Assembly: GCF_009914755.1 (NCBI RefSeq)
Contig: NC_060947.1
Reading direction: 5' to 3' (one strand)
Length of the DNA stretch: 64,000 nucleotides
Source of the DNA: the human T2T-CHM13v2.0 reference genome, Homo sapiens
Positions 40,150 through 53,285 of the stretch are shown piece by piece; position 1 is the first letter of the stretch; the number at the start of each line of letters is the position of its first letter. The position numbers were made by a program, and so were the translations under genes. The notes beneath the pieces were generated by a model, which saw only the letters and a program-made list of their open reading frames with translations, did not search any database and was not told the DNA's origin.

Positions 40150-42500
40150 ATATTTTGCAAGTATTTTTGAGCTGTTACTAAGTATACAGTACTGTGCTAG
40201 GTGTGGGGAAATAGGAATGAGTAAGTCTAAATTCTAAATTCATGTATTCATGGAGCTAACAATTGAGTAGCAGGACCACTCACAAATGCAGGTGACTTAG
40301 GCAATATGGAGCATATGCAATAAAAAGAGATAAGAATAGAATTCTGGGGCCCTATGTAAAGTAATAATCACTTCCTGCCAAAGGGAAACAGGGAAGACAT
40401 TTCAGAGAAAGGGAACTTTATGTGAAATATGAACGCTGTCTAGGCTATTGAAAAACAAAGATGTGAGAAGGGCCTTTTCATAGGAGAAGAAAGCATAGGT
40501 AGAAAAATAGTGCCTGATTTGAGGAATGCCAAGTAGCCTAGTTTGGCTATAGCAGAATGTGTATACAGGAAAGTAGCTGGGAATTAAGTTAGAAAATCTA
40601 AGTTCGGATGAGACTACAAGAACTTCCATACCAGGATAAGAAATTTGTGTTTCATTTATGGTAAGGAAAAGCCACATAGGGTATCTCATGGTACTGAGCA
40701 AAATGGCTGGAGCTTAATTTTGTAACAGAACAGATTGGAGTGGGGACACATTAGAAGTTCAGGCATCTAAGGTATTGGAATAAGTCCAAATGTGAGATAT
40801 TAGAAAGCTGAATAAGATAGTAGCAGCAAGAATGAAAATAAGAAATCAGAAAGGAGTAAGTAGAGAAAGGAAGGGTGGGGGAGAAAGATAAAGAAAGAGA
40901 GAGAATGAGAGAGAGAGAGAGAGAGAGAGATTTGTTTTACAGATTGAATTGATAATAAATTCTGACAAATTGCATGGTTTGAGGGGAAATGAGTATTTAA
41001 AGATGACTCCTATATTTATGAATCAAGGGGATTTGTAATATGTAAATAAGCAGAACATTTCTGAAAATAACAATAATGGGTAAAATTTTGAATGTGTTAA
41101 GTTTCAGATATCAGTACTTATCTAGGTGAAAATATTTAAATATTAATTCAACATTTGAAACTGTAGTCCTGGGAGCTAAGGAGGGAAGTTGTTTCTGAAG
41201 ATACAGATTAGGAAAAATCATTTGAATAGAAATGATATTTGAAATCATACATATGAATGAAACCACTATAGTGGAGATTATTAAAAGAGAATTGAAGACA
41301 ACAAAAGACAGAATCTCAGGTAATACTTACAATATAGAAAACAGAAAAAATAAATTAGGTCAGCAGAAGAGACAAAGACAAATGATCATATAGTAGGAAT
41401 ATCCAAAAGGCTGAGGAATCATGCAAGCCAAGACAGCAGACCATTTCAATAGAGAGAGGTCAGTATAATGAATTGTGTTAAATGTTATGGAGAGGTCAAC
41501 AGAGTGATGGCTATGAAAAAGCTGAAATTTAGCAGTTAAGAGGGTCATTAGTGACCTTCAAAAAACAGTTTCAATAGAGGAGTGGGGAGAAGCTGCTTGA
41601 CTGCAAGTGGGTCAAAAAGTGGGTGGTGATAAGTAGGAGGTGACTGCAGACTATATTTTTGGAATGGTTGGTGGTGAAAGAAAGGCTAGATATATGCCAT
41701 AATCTTCAGTGAATAGCTGTTCACAGAAAAAAAATTATTAGTTTAATTATTTGTCTTCCTTTTGGTGTCTCCTAGAGCAGAGTATATTAATGGGCATAAG
41801 GAAACATTAGAGATGCAAGAGAGATGGGGCTAATGGATGAAATAATCATACCAAAAGAGAGCAGAAGAAAAAGGTATTAGCTGTGGAAAAGAGGAGGGAC
41901 ATATTTTTCTCACAGACAAAAGAAGGAAAAGATAATGAAGAGAAATACAGAGAAACTTTGAGATGGATAGAAGGTAAGTCAAGGGGGTTCATGCAGGGTA
42001 GTCTTTTACTCGACAAAATAAGAAATTAAGTTATTTACTGAACACAGAGATAGAATTTTGGCTGAAAGCTTAAGGAGAGTGGAAATGATTTAGAATAACT
42101 ATTGTAGAGATTACAGAATAGCCCCAAGAAAATATAAATTAAAGAATTGCTGAGCAGCAGCAAAGGACCAAATGAAGGTAAACTTAATCAGTACAGTTTC
42201 TTGATTTTCATCAGCAATATTCAGCAGCCTGTATAAGAGTGTGGAGAAAACAGAAATTGGGAATTTATTCAGGATTTAGGACTGGATGTGGAAAAAAGCC
42301 AAAGAGGCTAAGAATTCTAAGAGGCTATGAAAAAAATCACAATTAAATATTTGACCATGGCTTTTAGACTAGGGATAGTAGCAATTAAAACCAGTCATAA
42401 TGATGGCAACTGTTGGTTTCGTAAATATGTGGAAGTTAAACATAAGGCGGTATTAATATAAAAGGGAGAATTTCAGAGATAAGCACTTAGAGGTCACAAC
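40150..42500 (-). mobile_element. Long degenerate L2 LINE
   Basis: Antisense L2 3' end (tttttgagc..tactaagtatacagtactgtgctagg) and RT-region motifs (aatttagcagttaagagggtcattagtgaccttc...cagtttcaatagag). The right boundary is uncertain. Confidence 0.65.
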
Positions 42501-42722
42501 ATTCTAAATCATGACTGGTAATGAATTTTACTGACTTGATGAATAGCTTACCAGTCATGAATTATATATGTATCATCATTATTACCCCTTAAAACATAGA
42601 ATTATTGATACATAAGTCCAAAGTTAGCATTTTATAAACAATGACATTATAAATCTAGTGGTATGGTAGTCAGAAAGAAATCATTCGTGGAAGTCTCATG
42701 ATGTACCAAGTGCTATGCTAGA

Positions 42723-42781
42723 ATATATATATATATACACACACACACACATGCATATATATGTGTGTGTATATGTATATA

Positions 42782-42812
<31 letters not shown>
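42723..42812. repeat. Compound (TA)n(CA)n...(TG)n(TA)n quasi-palindromic microsatellite
   Basis: The left arm atatatatatatacacacacacac is complementary to the right arm gtgtgtgtgtgtatatatatatat. Confidence 0.9.
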
Positions 42813-42813
<1 letters not shown>

Positions 42814-43133
42814 ATGGGCATAAGAAAACATTAGAGATGCAAGAGAGATGGGGTTAATGGATGAAATAATGGTACCAAAAAAGAGCAGAAGGTGTTAGTC
42901 TTGGAAAGAAGGAGGAACACATTTTCCTCACAGACAAAAAAAGGAAAAGATAATGAGGAGAAATTCAGAGAAACTTTGAGTTCATGCAGAATAGTCTTTT
43001 ACTCAACAAAGGAAGAAGTTAAGTTATTTACTGAACACGGAGGTAGAATTTTAGCCAAAGGCTTAAGGAGAGTGAAAATGATTTAGAGTAACAATTGTAG
43101 AGATTACAAAATGACTCCAAGGGAAAACAAATA
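42812..43133 (+). repeat. Diverged direct copy of 41788-42139
   Basis: Collinear alignment from taatgggcataag to gagattaca...ccaag. Confidence 0.92.
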
Positions 43134-43284
43134 TACATATATATATATATATATATTAAATACCTTTTACTCTTTCACATACTCCTATGAGATTATTTCA
43201 TGATTTTCCCAATCCTGCCCCCTTTTGAAAATTAATGAACTTAATTTCATTAATTACAGTTGTTGAGTGGAAAATGAACAGCTG

Positions 43285-44835
43285 AAATAGTTTTGAGCAA
43301 GAACAAAGATGGTGACATCACACTTTCTGATTTCAAAATGCATTACAAAGTGAAAGTAATCAAAACAGTGTGGCACTGTCATAAAAGTAGACACATAGGC
43401 CAATAGAACAGAATAGAGGTATAAACCCACAGATATAGAGTCAAGAATATACAGTGGAAAAAGTATAGTTTCTTCAATAAATGGTATTGGAAAAACTGGA
43501 TATCTACACCTAAAAGAATGAAATTAGACCCTTATCTTACACCATACACAAAAATTAACCCAAAATGCATTAAATACTTAAATGTAAGTTCTGGAACCAT
43601 AAAACTCCTGAAAGAAAACATTAGGGAAAAGCTTATTGGCATTGGTCTCAGCAAGGAGTTCTTGATTATGGCACACACACACACAAAAACACAGGCATAA
43701 AACTCAGTAGTAAACAAATAAATAAAAACAAAAACACCTAATAATCAGATTTTGTACAATTGTGAAGTACCTGAATAGACATTTCTCTAAAGAAAATATA
43801 CAAACGGCCAACAGACATACAAAAAGATGTTCAATGCTAATCATTGAGGAAATGCAAATCAAAACCACAATGAGATGTCATCTCACACCTGTTATGATAG
43901 CCATTATCAAAATAACCCCCAAAATGCAAACAAACAAACAAAACAAAAAATAACAAGTGCTGGGAGGTTTTGAAAAAATTGGAATCCTTGTACACTGTTG
44001 GTAGAAATGTAAAATGATGCAGCCACTATGGATAAGAGTATACAGTTTTCTCAAAAAATTACAAATAGAACTAACATATGACCCAGCAATCTCACTTCTG
44101 GCTATATATCTAAAACAATTGAAATTTGTATGTCAAAGGGATATCTGCACTCCCATGTTCATAGCAGCACTATTCACAACAGCTAAGATATGGAAACAAC
44201 TTAAATACCCATGGATAGATGAATGGATAAAGAAAACGTAGTATCTACATACAAGGAACATTGTGTATACATAGAAGGAAATGAAGGAAATCCTACTATT
44301 TGTGACAACATGGCTGGACCTGGAAGATTATGCTAAGTGAAATGTCAGCAACAGAAGGATAAATACTACATGCTTCATTTTATATGAGGCATCTAAAATA
44401 TCAAATGCATAGAAGGAGAAAATAGAATGATGGCTAAGAGGAGATGAGGGATGGAAATAGGAGGAGTTGTTGTTCAATGGGCAAAAGTTAGTTATATAAG
44501 ATGAGTAAGTTCCGGAAGTCTTCTGTAAAACATAGTGCTTATAGTTAAAAATAAGGCTTGTGCAATTAAACATTTGTTAAAAGGATAGAACTCATGGTAA
44601 GTATATTTAACACACACACACACAACCACACACACACTCACCCCCACCCCCCACACACACACACGCACCAAACAAACAGAACCCAAAGAAACACAAGAAA
44701 ATTTTGGAGATGATGGATATGTATATTACCTTGATTGTGGTGATGGTAAGAAGAGTGTATACATATGTTCAAACTCATCAAATTATGTGAAGTTTTTTTA
44801 TATGTTAATTATACCTCAAAAAAGCTGGGAAAAAG
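43285..44835 (+). mobile_element. L1MA7-9-like, 5'-truncated
   Basis: End of ORF2 ([14 protein letters not shown]; IELTYDPAISLL) plus a 3' UTR ending ttatacctcaaaaaagctgggaaaaa. Confidence 0.88.
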
Positions 44836-46865
44836 ATAGGCAGAAATTAAAAATTAAATAAATAATGAAGATAAGTAACTTGACCAAATCCTATAGCTAT
44901 TGAGTGGACAATGCGATTTGAGGTCAGGTTGGAATTTATGTCATTTTCTGGTCACTAGGATATGTTTTCTCCAAGAATTTACCTTGGCATATAGTGGTTA
45001 CAAATAGTCTAATGAGACCGTTATGGTTTCTCTTCCCAATGTACTGGTTTATACAGTAGCTGAAGGATCTATGGTCAATATTTCATTTCCTTGCCTCACT
45101 AGGAGACACATGATAACCTAATGTAACCTGTAAATATGAGCTTCACCATGCTTGCAGGTCATGGAGATGGATACTAGTGAATTGAACTTGGCAAATAAGT
45201 GATTCTCCAGAGAATTACTTTGAACTTTGAAAGTGGATTTAGATTATGACTTAGGTAGATGCTCATTTTCATTCTTTGTCTCACCCTATTTAAATTTATC
45301 CTGCATCTACACAGCCCCAGAGACAAGAGAAATCTGAAAAGTTGTCCAAACACAGTATTTTATAAACCAAGCAGCTCAATTCATCAGCATGTTAGCATGG
45401 CAGAAAAAGCAAATATTTCTGGATTTTCAGCTGATTTGCACTAAGACAGAAGGCCATGCTGATTGATTTGACAAAAGTATATGATCAAAAATCCTAAACC
45501 TACAATGCTTCATTGTCACATGAACAATCACAGATTTAAATTCATAGAACTGCATTAATTTTCACCTGATGTGGTCTCAATAACATGTCAGATTTTAATG
45601 CAATTGACATATGTTATATATATATATTATATATACACACATATGTATGTATGGTCACAAATAAAAATGGTTCAATGTTAGCCTTGTTTTATTTTATCAG
45701 AAAGCATTACACTAGATCGACTCTATCTTGTGCTTTTAGAGCAACATCTCTGATTCAACTGGTCAATTCAACTATTCCATCATTACTGTAAAATTATTGG
45801 CTTAAAGATGTTTTCTTTCCCCATTTAACTGACTTGTTATTTGACTGGAGTCATTAAATCAATTGGTATTTCAACATTGGTTGGACAAATTTGTGATGAT
45901 TATCTAGGCAGAGCAAGAAAACTACCCTGATATTTATGTAAAAATGTTATTTATCAGAAGCAGCTAAATAAATGCTAATACTAGTCCCTTAAACGTATCA
46001 TTGTAGGAATAACCTTTGTTTCAGTTTATACTATTTAAATTCATTATCACTTTTAACTTTGATAACTTTACATTTTTCAACTATATATTTGGCAGCCAGA
46101 AGAAATGGCATATTTTATGAGCATTTACACAGTCATAAATTATGGGCATTAAACACATGCAATGATGCCAAATTACAGAAAGTCAAAGAACACCACAATT
46201 TGCATATTTATCTGAAGTTTTTGCACCAATAGTGAAAAGTAAAGTTATTTGCACACATGAAAGATTTATTTTAAACTTAGGAATAAACCAGTGCTTTTAT
46301 TCATTCTGGTGACTGTTCCATTCATTGAATGCCTTCTAAATGGTCTGTGTTTCTGGTTGCAAAGTCATCATGTACCATTAAGCATTATGAAAAATGTCAG
46401 CATGCAATGAATCAACAACATTAAAAATGCTAAAAACAAGGACAAGTAGAAAGATAGATTAAATTTGAAAGAAAGCATGTGCTATACACTTGAGATTCTA
46501 ACTTTAATTAACGTTAACCGAATGACATGAAGAAGATTTAGGTTTGTGGGCACTATGTTGAAATTCCAGTCTTTGAGAAAATGTAGTGATTCTTCCTGGA
46601 TTTGACCAATTTAAATGGCTTCTTGAATACCAGAATGTTGAGATAATAGTATTCTTCATTCACAATGCCAGATACATGTTTTGTGGCTTATCTAACTTCC
46701 AGATCTTTCGTTCCTTTCAGACTTTGTTGTTGACATGTATTATCTATCCAACTCAAATTGCCCCTGAACCAGAAATGGACTTGTGAGCATTACAGAGCAG
46801 TCCTTGAAGTCCTCCTTATTGCTTTGTATTTTATCTTTTTCCTCTTTTTGGTGTTCTTTTCTCTC

Positions 46866-47068
46866 TAGAACTGCACTGTGCAGTATAGTAGTGACTAGCT
46901 ACATGGGACTATTTAAAGTAAAACTAATTAAATTGAAATAAAAGTAAAAACTTAGTTCCTCAAATGCACTAGCCATGTTACTATTATTACAAAAGTTCTA
47001 CTAGAACTATTATTACAAAAGTTCTACTAGAACTATTATTACAAAAGTTCTACTAGTGTTGCCCTAGA
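46866..47068. mobile_element. MER3-like hAT element containing a 26-bp tandem repeat
   Basis: ctgcactgtgcagtatagtagtgactagctacatg...ttagttcctca...gcactagcca. Confidence 0.7.
46981..47056. repeat. Perfect 26-bp tandem repeat, ~2.9 copies
   Basis: Unit ctattattacaaaagttctactagaa starts at 46981, 47007 and 47033. Confidence 0.95.
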
Positions 47069-47384
47069 ATCTTTATGTTGCATGCGCATTGTTCAGGGCT
47101 GCTATATTCTCTACTAAGGTGGAAATGGGGTATGTTAACATATTATTTGCACCCAGATATATTTGCACCATCACTAAAAAGCTATTGAAATGCCAAATGG
47201 TCTTTATAAGTAAAATAAATTTGGATTGCAAATGGTGGAAATTCAGATCCTAATCAAAGTAGGCGAGAGAATTATTTTAGGGAAGAGATTTCTTCTACCA
47301 CCATTCAAATCATATCATAAACAAAGGTAGCCTTGCAGTCACTGATTCACTGATATGTGGAACTGTTTGTTTATTCACTCTGTC

Positions 47385-47790
47385 ATTTTTTTTCCATTTG
47401 ATTCATTCCATTTACTGTGTGACTGTCCCTTTCTGTGTGCTGAGTATACAGTATGATCAAAACAGATACGCTTCTATCCTCAATGGGTTTATACTCTAGT
47501 AAGGGATAGCAACAATTAAAGAGGCAATTGTACTCTATGGTAAGTGCCATGACAGCAATAGTAAAAGGAACACATAAATGCAACCAGCACGGACTTGGAG
47601 CAACAGGAGATGAAGGCAGCCAGTGAAAGATGTTTTCTTGTTGCTGTTGTTACTGTTGTCATTGTCGTCATTCTTTGAAAGTGAAACCTAATCTGAGACT
47701 TGAAGGATGTGCAAGAGTTAGTAATGGCAGAAGAGAAATGGTGTTTTAGACAGAGTATATACAAAGTCTTAGAGGCAAGGCGACACTCAA
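47385..47790 (-). mobile_element. L2 fragment
   Basis: attcattccatttactgtg...ctcaatgggtttatactctagt...gagacttgaaggatg. Confidence 0.6.
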
Positions 47791-49329
47791 TCTATCAGTT
47801 TGTGGCTAAGTTGTGTTGGGAAAGCTCACTAGGAATATGGGGGAAAAGGCACCAGATATTGCTTTATTTCCTTCTATTTGATGGTAAGGTGACATGTCCC
47901 TTTCCATTTATTTTGACATCTAGGAATACTGTGTCTAGCAGACTTCAGAGTCATACATTTATTATTTATCTCTAATGTATGTATTATGCCTATAATGGTC
48001 CTATATTATCTATTATAGAAATCGCTTCTACGAGCTGACTGCTGAAAGTTGGAACTTTTTAAAAGTTTGAAGAAACCTTGGAATAATCTGCCACCAGCTC
48101 TTTCTCCCTACTTATTGAGATGTTGCCATTTCCCCATTTCCTGACCTGATCAAATCTAAGAAGGCGTTCTTTTTCTTCATGTTTGCTCTTTTCATGCCCT
48201 TTGAATATATTTTTGTTTTATGAAATAAGCCAAACACATGATTTCATCATAAGCCACTTCAGAGTTCTTTTTTTGTGATGCCATTAAATAAAGAAAAAAT
48301 AAATTTTCTTTCTTCATGAAGTTACCAGAAGAAAAGTTATGTGGTTGCAAATTATTTGGGAGACTTTAAATATCCTTTTCTCACTCTATTTGCATTTCTC
48401 TCCTGCCTAGAACATCCATTCTACTCCTAGCTTCTCCACATTGGAGTCCTTCTACACCTGTCCTCCTAGACCATGCCAACATTTTTCAAACTTGCCTGAT
48501 GCCTTTTCCCTTCCTAATCAAAATTTGCCATTATTTTGTCTTGTTTTTCACAGCAACTTTGTGGAACAGTTAAATAATGCAATTATGGATACAGGGATTG
48601 AAAATAGCCTACTTGATTATGCGTCTACTATAATGTATGCTTCTAAAAGTGTACCTGTGTTATAGACTGAAGAGGGAATCATAAAATGGGATTTTATGCA
48701 AATCATCTTTATAACAGACTAGATAAGTGGTTTTCAAGCAGTGTTTCATAAAACTTAGGGTCAGTGGAGGTGCCAATGGGCATCCTGAGATGAATGGGGG
48801 AAAGTGTATATGGTTTAATGTTCCCTCATTTCCTGTTTAACTAGAGATGGTCCTCTTTTTTTCTGTTTCTGATCAGGAGTCTATGCGAGATTTTATGAAA
48901 TTCACAAACCCCCGGACCATAACACTCTTAAGTGTACAGAATTTTGTTTATATTATGTTCTTTCCATGCTATCACAGTCCCTTGAGCATTGCAAGTACTC
49001 AAGGAACATATATTTAAAGAGTGATTGAATGAGTAAATGAATAAAGTAAATGTATAAGAATTTCAGTTTCCTTCCTGCTTATTTCAAGCACTGGATTTCC
49101 ACTATAGTTTCTATGAACTTTAGGCAACATATTTCTTCTTTGATTTCATTTTCTTGACTTTTTTTCTATCAACATTTTAGCGACTTTAATTTATTTTTCT
49201 GTAGCGTTTCAGATCTTAATAAATTTGGAGATAATCAATTTCATTATCATACATTTTAATTTATCATTAGTAGTCTTTCTACTCATACATTAATAAAAAT
49301 ATATTATTGAATGCTTATTTTACACACTC

Positions 49330-49500
49330 TACCTCAAATTATTTTCATCAGAAATCAATTGGGTCATGGATATGTCCATTTTATAAAGAAAAAATAAAGA
49401 TCAAATAATACGCCCCAAGGTACCCATAGCTAGTAAGAGAAGGAACTGGGATACACACCCAGACTGATGTAATTCCAAGTGGCATGCTTTAAACTATTGC
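49330..49500 (-). mobile_element. MIR SINE
   Basis: tccattttataaagaaaaaa...gccccaaggtacccatagctagtaag...acccagactg. Confidence 0.6.
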
Positions 49501-50705
49501 AGTAAACTAGCAGTCTTCCTCTAAACTTTTTAGATTTCTTTTCCTCATGTCTCTGCTTAAATAAACTGGCATAATCAATAACGATATTCACAAAGCTCTT
49601 TGTGTGAGAGGAAATCTACACTCCCTGACCTCGTGGTCTCTGCCTTGCTGAACCATGATGCCTAATGTTATAGGCAAAAGAAAAGCTTCTTCAGTTCTAA
49701 ATGACTGCATTTCTTAACCCCAAGGTTCATTTCAGCAAGCTTGGCTGAGTACCACTTTAAGTAAGACAAAGGTGGGAATGATGAAAGTTCACAGTTAAGT
49801 TTATCAGGCAATGCCATATACAGCCATGGATGCTACAATTTTGATGCTAAAATATCTAACAGTTCCTTCATAGTTTCACCTTCTGATAATTGGTTACATT
49901 CATTCAAAAAAATAAGTTGTGTGCTTTTTCAGGTGGACTATGCAGTTGCATGGCATAAGATGATCCAAAATTGACAATGGAAGCCATTTATTCACCAGTA
50001 AACTGAATTTACTATGACTGTGTGTATGCCTGTAGATAATGAAGGTTAGGTCAGTACACTTTAAATAAAACATTAGCAGTAGCTTCAGTCAACTAAGATA
50101 CTGCAAAGGGTAGTCTGTAAACTTAGAAATCAAACCCGTATTATATAAAGAAGCTCTAGACAAATGGGGAGCTGGATAAGCTCAAATAAAAGAATCACTA
50201 ATAAGGCAAAATATAGCAAAACAAGAGGCAAAATTCTAAGAGAAAGTGACCAGAATGCTAAATATTAACTTGAACCACGAGAGACTACCATTTTTTAAGT
50301 CTAAACTGGTTTAATATCGGCAATTTCATATGGTTCAACATAATTACAGTTTCGTCAGAGATAAAGAAGAAGAAAATAAACACAGTGGAACCTAGAAAGG
50401 CTTCAAAATGTGAAACTGAAGATTACAAGAGGGAAGGAGAACAAAGAGTTTGTAATTTGTTTTCTGACCCTTAGACCTACTCTAAACATTATACACTTTT
50501 CCTGAGAAAAATATCCCGGTGGTTTCTGAAAAAAGAATCTCTTCTTTTGGTCTCTGTGGTCAGAGAATTGTATATAGTTGATTGGAATGGAAAGTGGATA
50601 AAGCAAATTGTTCCTGGATGAATTCAGTCACTGTCAGATTTTTCTGAAAGTCATTTTGATTTTGCTTAGCTATACTATGTGTGTGGTCTCAGTGTCGTGT
50701 TTTAA

Positions 50706-50898
50706 TCTGGGATCTACAAATGTTTTATGTAGAAGGCCAGATAGTAAATATTTTAGATTTTGTGGGCCATGTATGGTCTTTGTCACATTTTTTTAAACAA
50801 CTCTTTAAAAATTTATAAACTGTTTGTAGCTCAAGGGCTGTACAAAAACAAGCTACAGGCTGAATTTGGTTAGTAGATTGCAGTTTGTTGAGCCCTGT
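50706..50898. mobile_element. MER58 hAT-Charlie element
   Basis: tgtagaaggccagatagtaaatattttagattttgtgggcca ... cagtttgttgagccctg. Confidence 0.8.
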
Positions 50899-52252
50899 CT
50901 CAGATTTTCAAATTTGTACATATTAAGTTTTTTTTTCTGATTCACAATTTCCCTTTGTTTCCTCATGTTTCATTCTACTTCCCTCTCTCTTTGTCATTTT
51001 TCACATTTCATGTTATTTTCTAACCTTATCTCTGCTAACAAAAACCGAAAGAACCTGGGTAAGTCAATTCTGTAGATAGGACATCCTCATCTGGAAAATA
51101 GTTTGGACTCTCTGATCGCTAAGGTTTTTTCCCAGCTCTGACACCGTTTGATTATATTTTTAACCAATGATGGAAAAAATAAACATAAACATTGTGGAGA
51201 CATCTGCTGGGAAAGCCAAAGTTTCTAAAGGGGAAAATAGATTTTACTAAAGATTTAACCCCTCTATTGTGTTTCTTTCCTCACACATGGGATTCAAAAA
51301 TATTTGCTCTGCTAAAGCAAAAAGGAAGACAATATATTACTTTATTCTTTGAGTAGACTACTCCATATACCCTTATCTTAAGCATGTTGCTTTCTTTCAA
51401 TATTTAGTGGAAGTCTTCCAGCTGGACTCTTTCCATTTTCCATTTACCATGACATCCAAAAAGAAGGAGAAAATTAGGTCATATGTCTCTCTCCTCCATC
51501 TGAAAGCAAAACAAAATGCACTTCTAATGATTTTGGGCAGATATCCCAACACCCATTTTTTGCATTTGGAACTATGTTACTTGATCAGAATGTAAAATTA
51601 GATCCTATTTAATCAGTCGTATCTTCAGTTATTATCCTTGAAGCAATTACTTCTTTCTATTTGGCTTCTAGGCTATTGTTCCCAATTTTAATCATCTCAC
51701 TAGTTGATTTCTGCAATATTTGACTTCAAAAGTGGTTATATCCTATACTGTAGAGTAAATTATGAAGACATTGATAATATAAGATAGAACAAAGAAACAG
51801 ACATTTCCTTTCCTTTTACTGACCCTCTGATCACTGACAAGTCCCATATGGTGGTTACTTCACATGTAATCCTATGGAATATTAAAACTGAAAAGTATTT
51901 AACTCCAGTTTCTTAATTTTGAGACAATACTAAAGTCCAAATGTGAAACCACTTGTTCTAATTAACTAGCTATTTAGGGTCTGAGCCAAGAATAAAATCC
52001 AGTCCTTCTAACTTTTAGTCTGAGCTCTTCCCATCGTACAATACCTCATGACCACTTAAAGTAATTTAATAATGTTTCTAAAAGACTCATAAGTCTGTAA
52101 CTGTGAGTAGCAAAGAGCCTATCTATGTTTATCACTTGGGTTTTAATAGAGGTGAAGAAATTTGCTTCAAAGATTGTGGGGTTATACACACAGGGTGAAG
52201 CTGCCTTTTCAGGCAATCAGCCCTAGGCCTCCACAAAAATGTACTTCTCTTA

Positions 52253-52930
52253 TTTTTTGATTATGGCAATTCTTTCAGGACTAAGATGGTATTGCATATG
52301 CTGAAAAGGGAACACTGCTGGTGGGAATGTAAAATAGTACAACCACTGTGGAAAACAGTGTGGAAATTTCTTAAACAAATAAAAATAGAACTACCATTTG
52401 ATCCAGCAATCTCACTACTTGGTATCTACCCAGAGGAAAAGAAATCATTATATGAAAAAGGTACTTGCACATGTATGTTTATAGCAACACAATTAGCAAT
52501 TGCAAAAATATGGAACTAGCCCAAATGCCCATCAATCAATGAGTGGATAAAGAAATTGTGGTATCTATATATACCATGGAACACTATTCAGCCATAAAAA
52601 GAAATAATGGCATTCGCTGCAACCTGGATGGAATTGGAGATCATTACTCTAAGTGGAGTAACTCAGGAATGGAAAACCAAACAGCGTATGTTCTCATTCG
52701 TAAGTGGGATCTAAGCTATGAGGATGCCAAGGCATAAGAATGATACAACGGACTTTGGGGACTTAGGAGAAAGGGTAGGAAGGGTGTGAGGGATAAAAAA
52801 CTACAAATTGGGTATAGTGTATGCTGCTTGGGTGATGGGTGCACCAAAATCTTACAAATCACCACTAAAGAACTTACTCATGTAACCAAACACCACCTGT
52901 TCCCCAAAAACCTATGGAAATAAATGAAGG
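52253..52930 (+). mobile_element. L1PB1-like 3' fragment with short 5' inversion
   Basis: The 3' end is caccacctgttccccaaaaacctatggaaataaa. Antisense segment at 52253-~52297. TSD acttctctta at 52243-52252 and 52931-52940. Confidence 0.9.
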
Positions 52931-53169
52931 ACTTCTCTTAGCTGCTGATGCTAACCAGAAACAATGTATAGAATTTCTAGTTCAAGCTTCAGATGCTTAG
53001 ATACTTTTGCAACTAGTTAGCAGAAGAAAGGCACAAAGAGTGCACTTAGCACTTCTCCAGTGTCTCCTGCCCAGTCCAGCATGTAAAGAGAAATCTCAAT
53101 TACCAATCCTTGAGGGAGACAGATAGAACTTCATGATCTGATTTTGCTGTTTTAAGCACTCTGCTATAG

Positions 53170-53285
53170 CATCTGAATTGAAGGAAGATGTAAACTGGCA
53201 GAAGCAGGGACCACATCTATTTAATTTGTATTGTATAGTACTTAGCATGGCGCCATGTATATATGAGCACTTGATAAACATCACT
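53170..53285 (+). mobile_element. L2 3' tail
   Basis: gatgtaaactggcagaagcagggacca...gtacttagcatggcgcc...gagcacttgataaaca. Confidence 0.55.

Noticed and set aside
46981-47056. CRISPR-like repeat array
   Set aside because: The units are directly adjacent with no spacers, the context is eukaryotic, and there are no cas genes.
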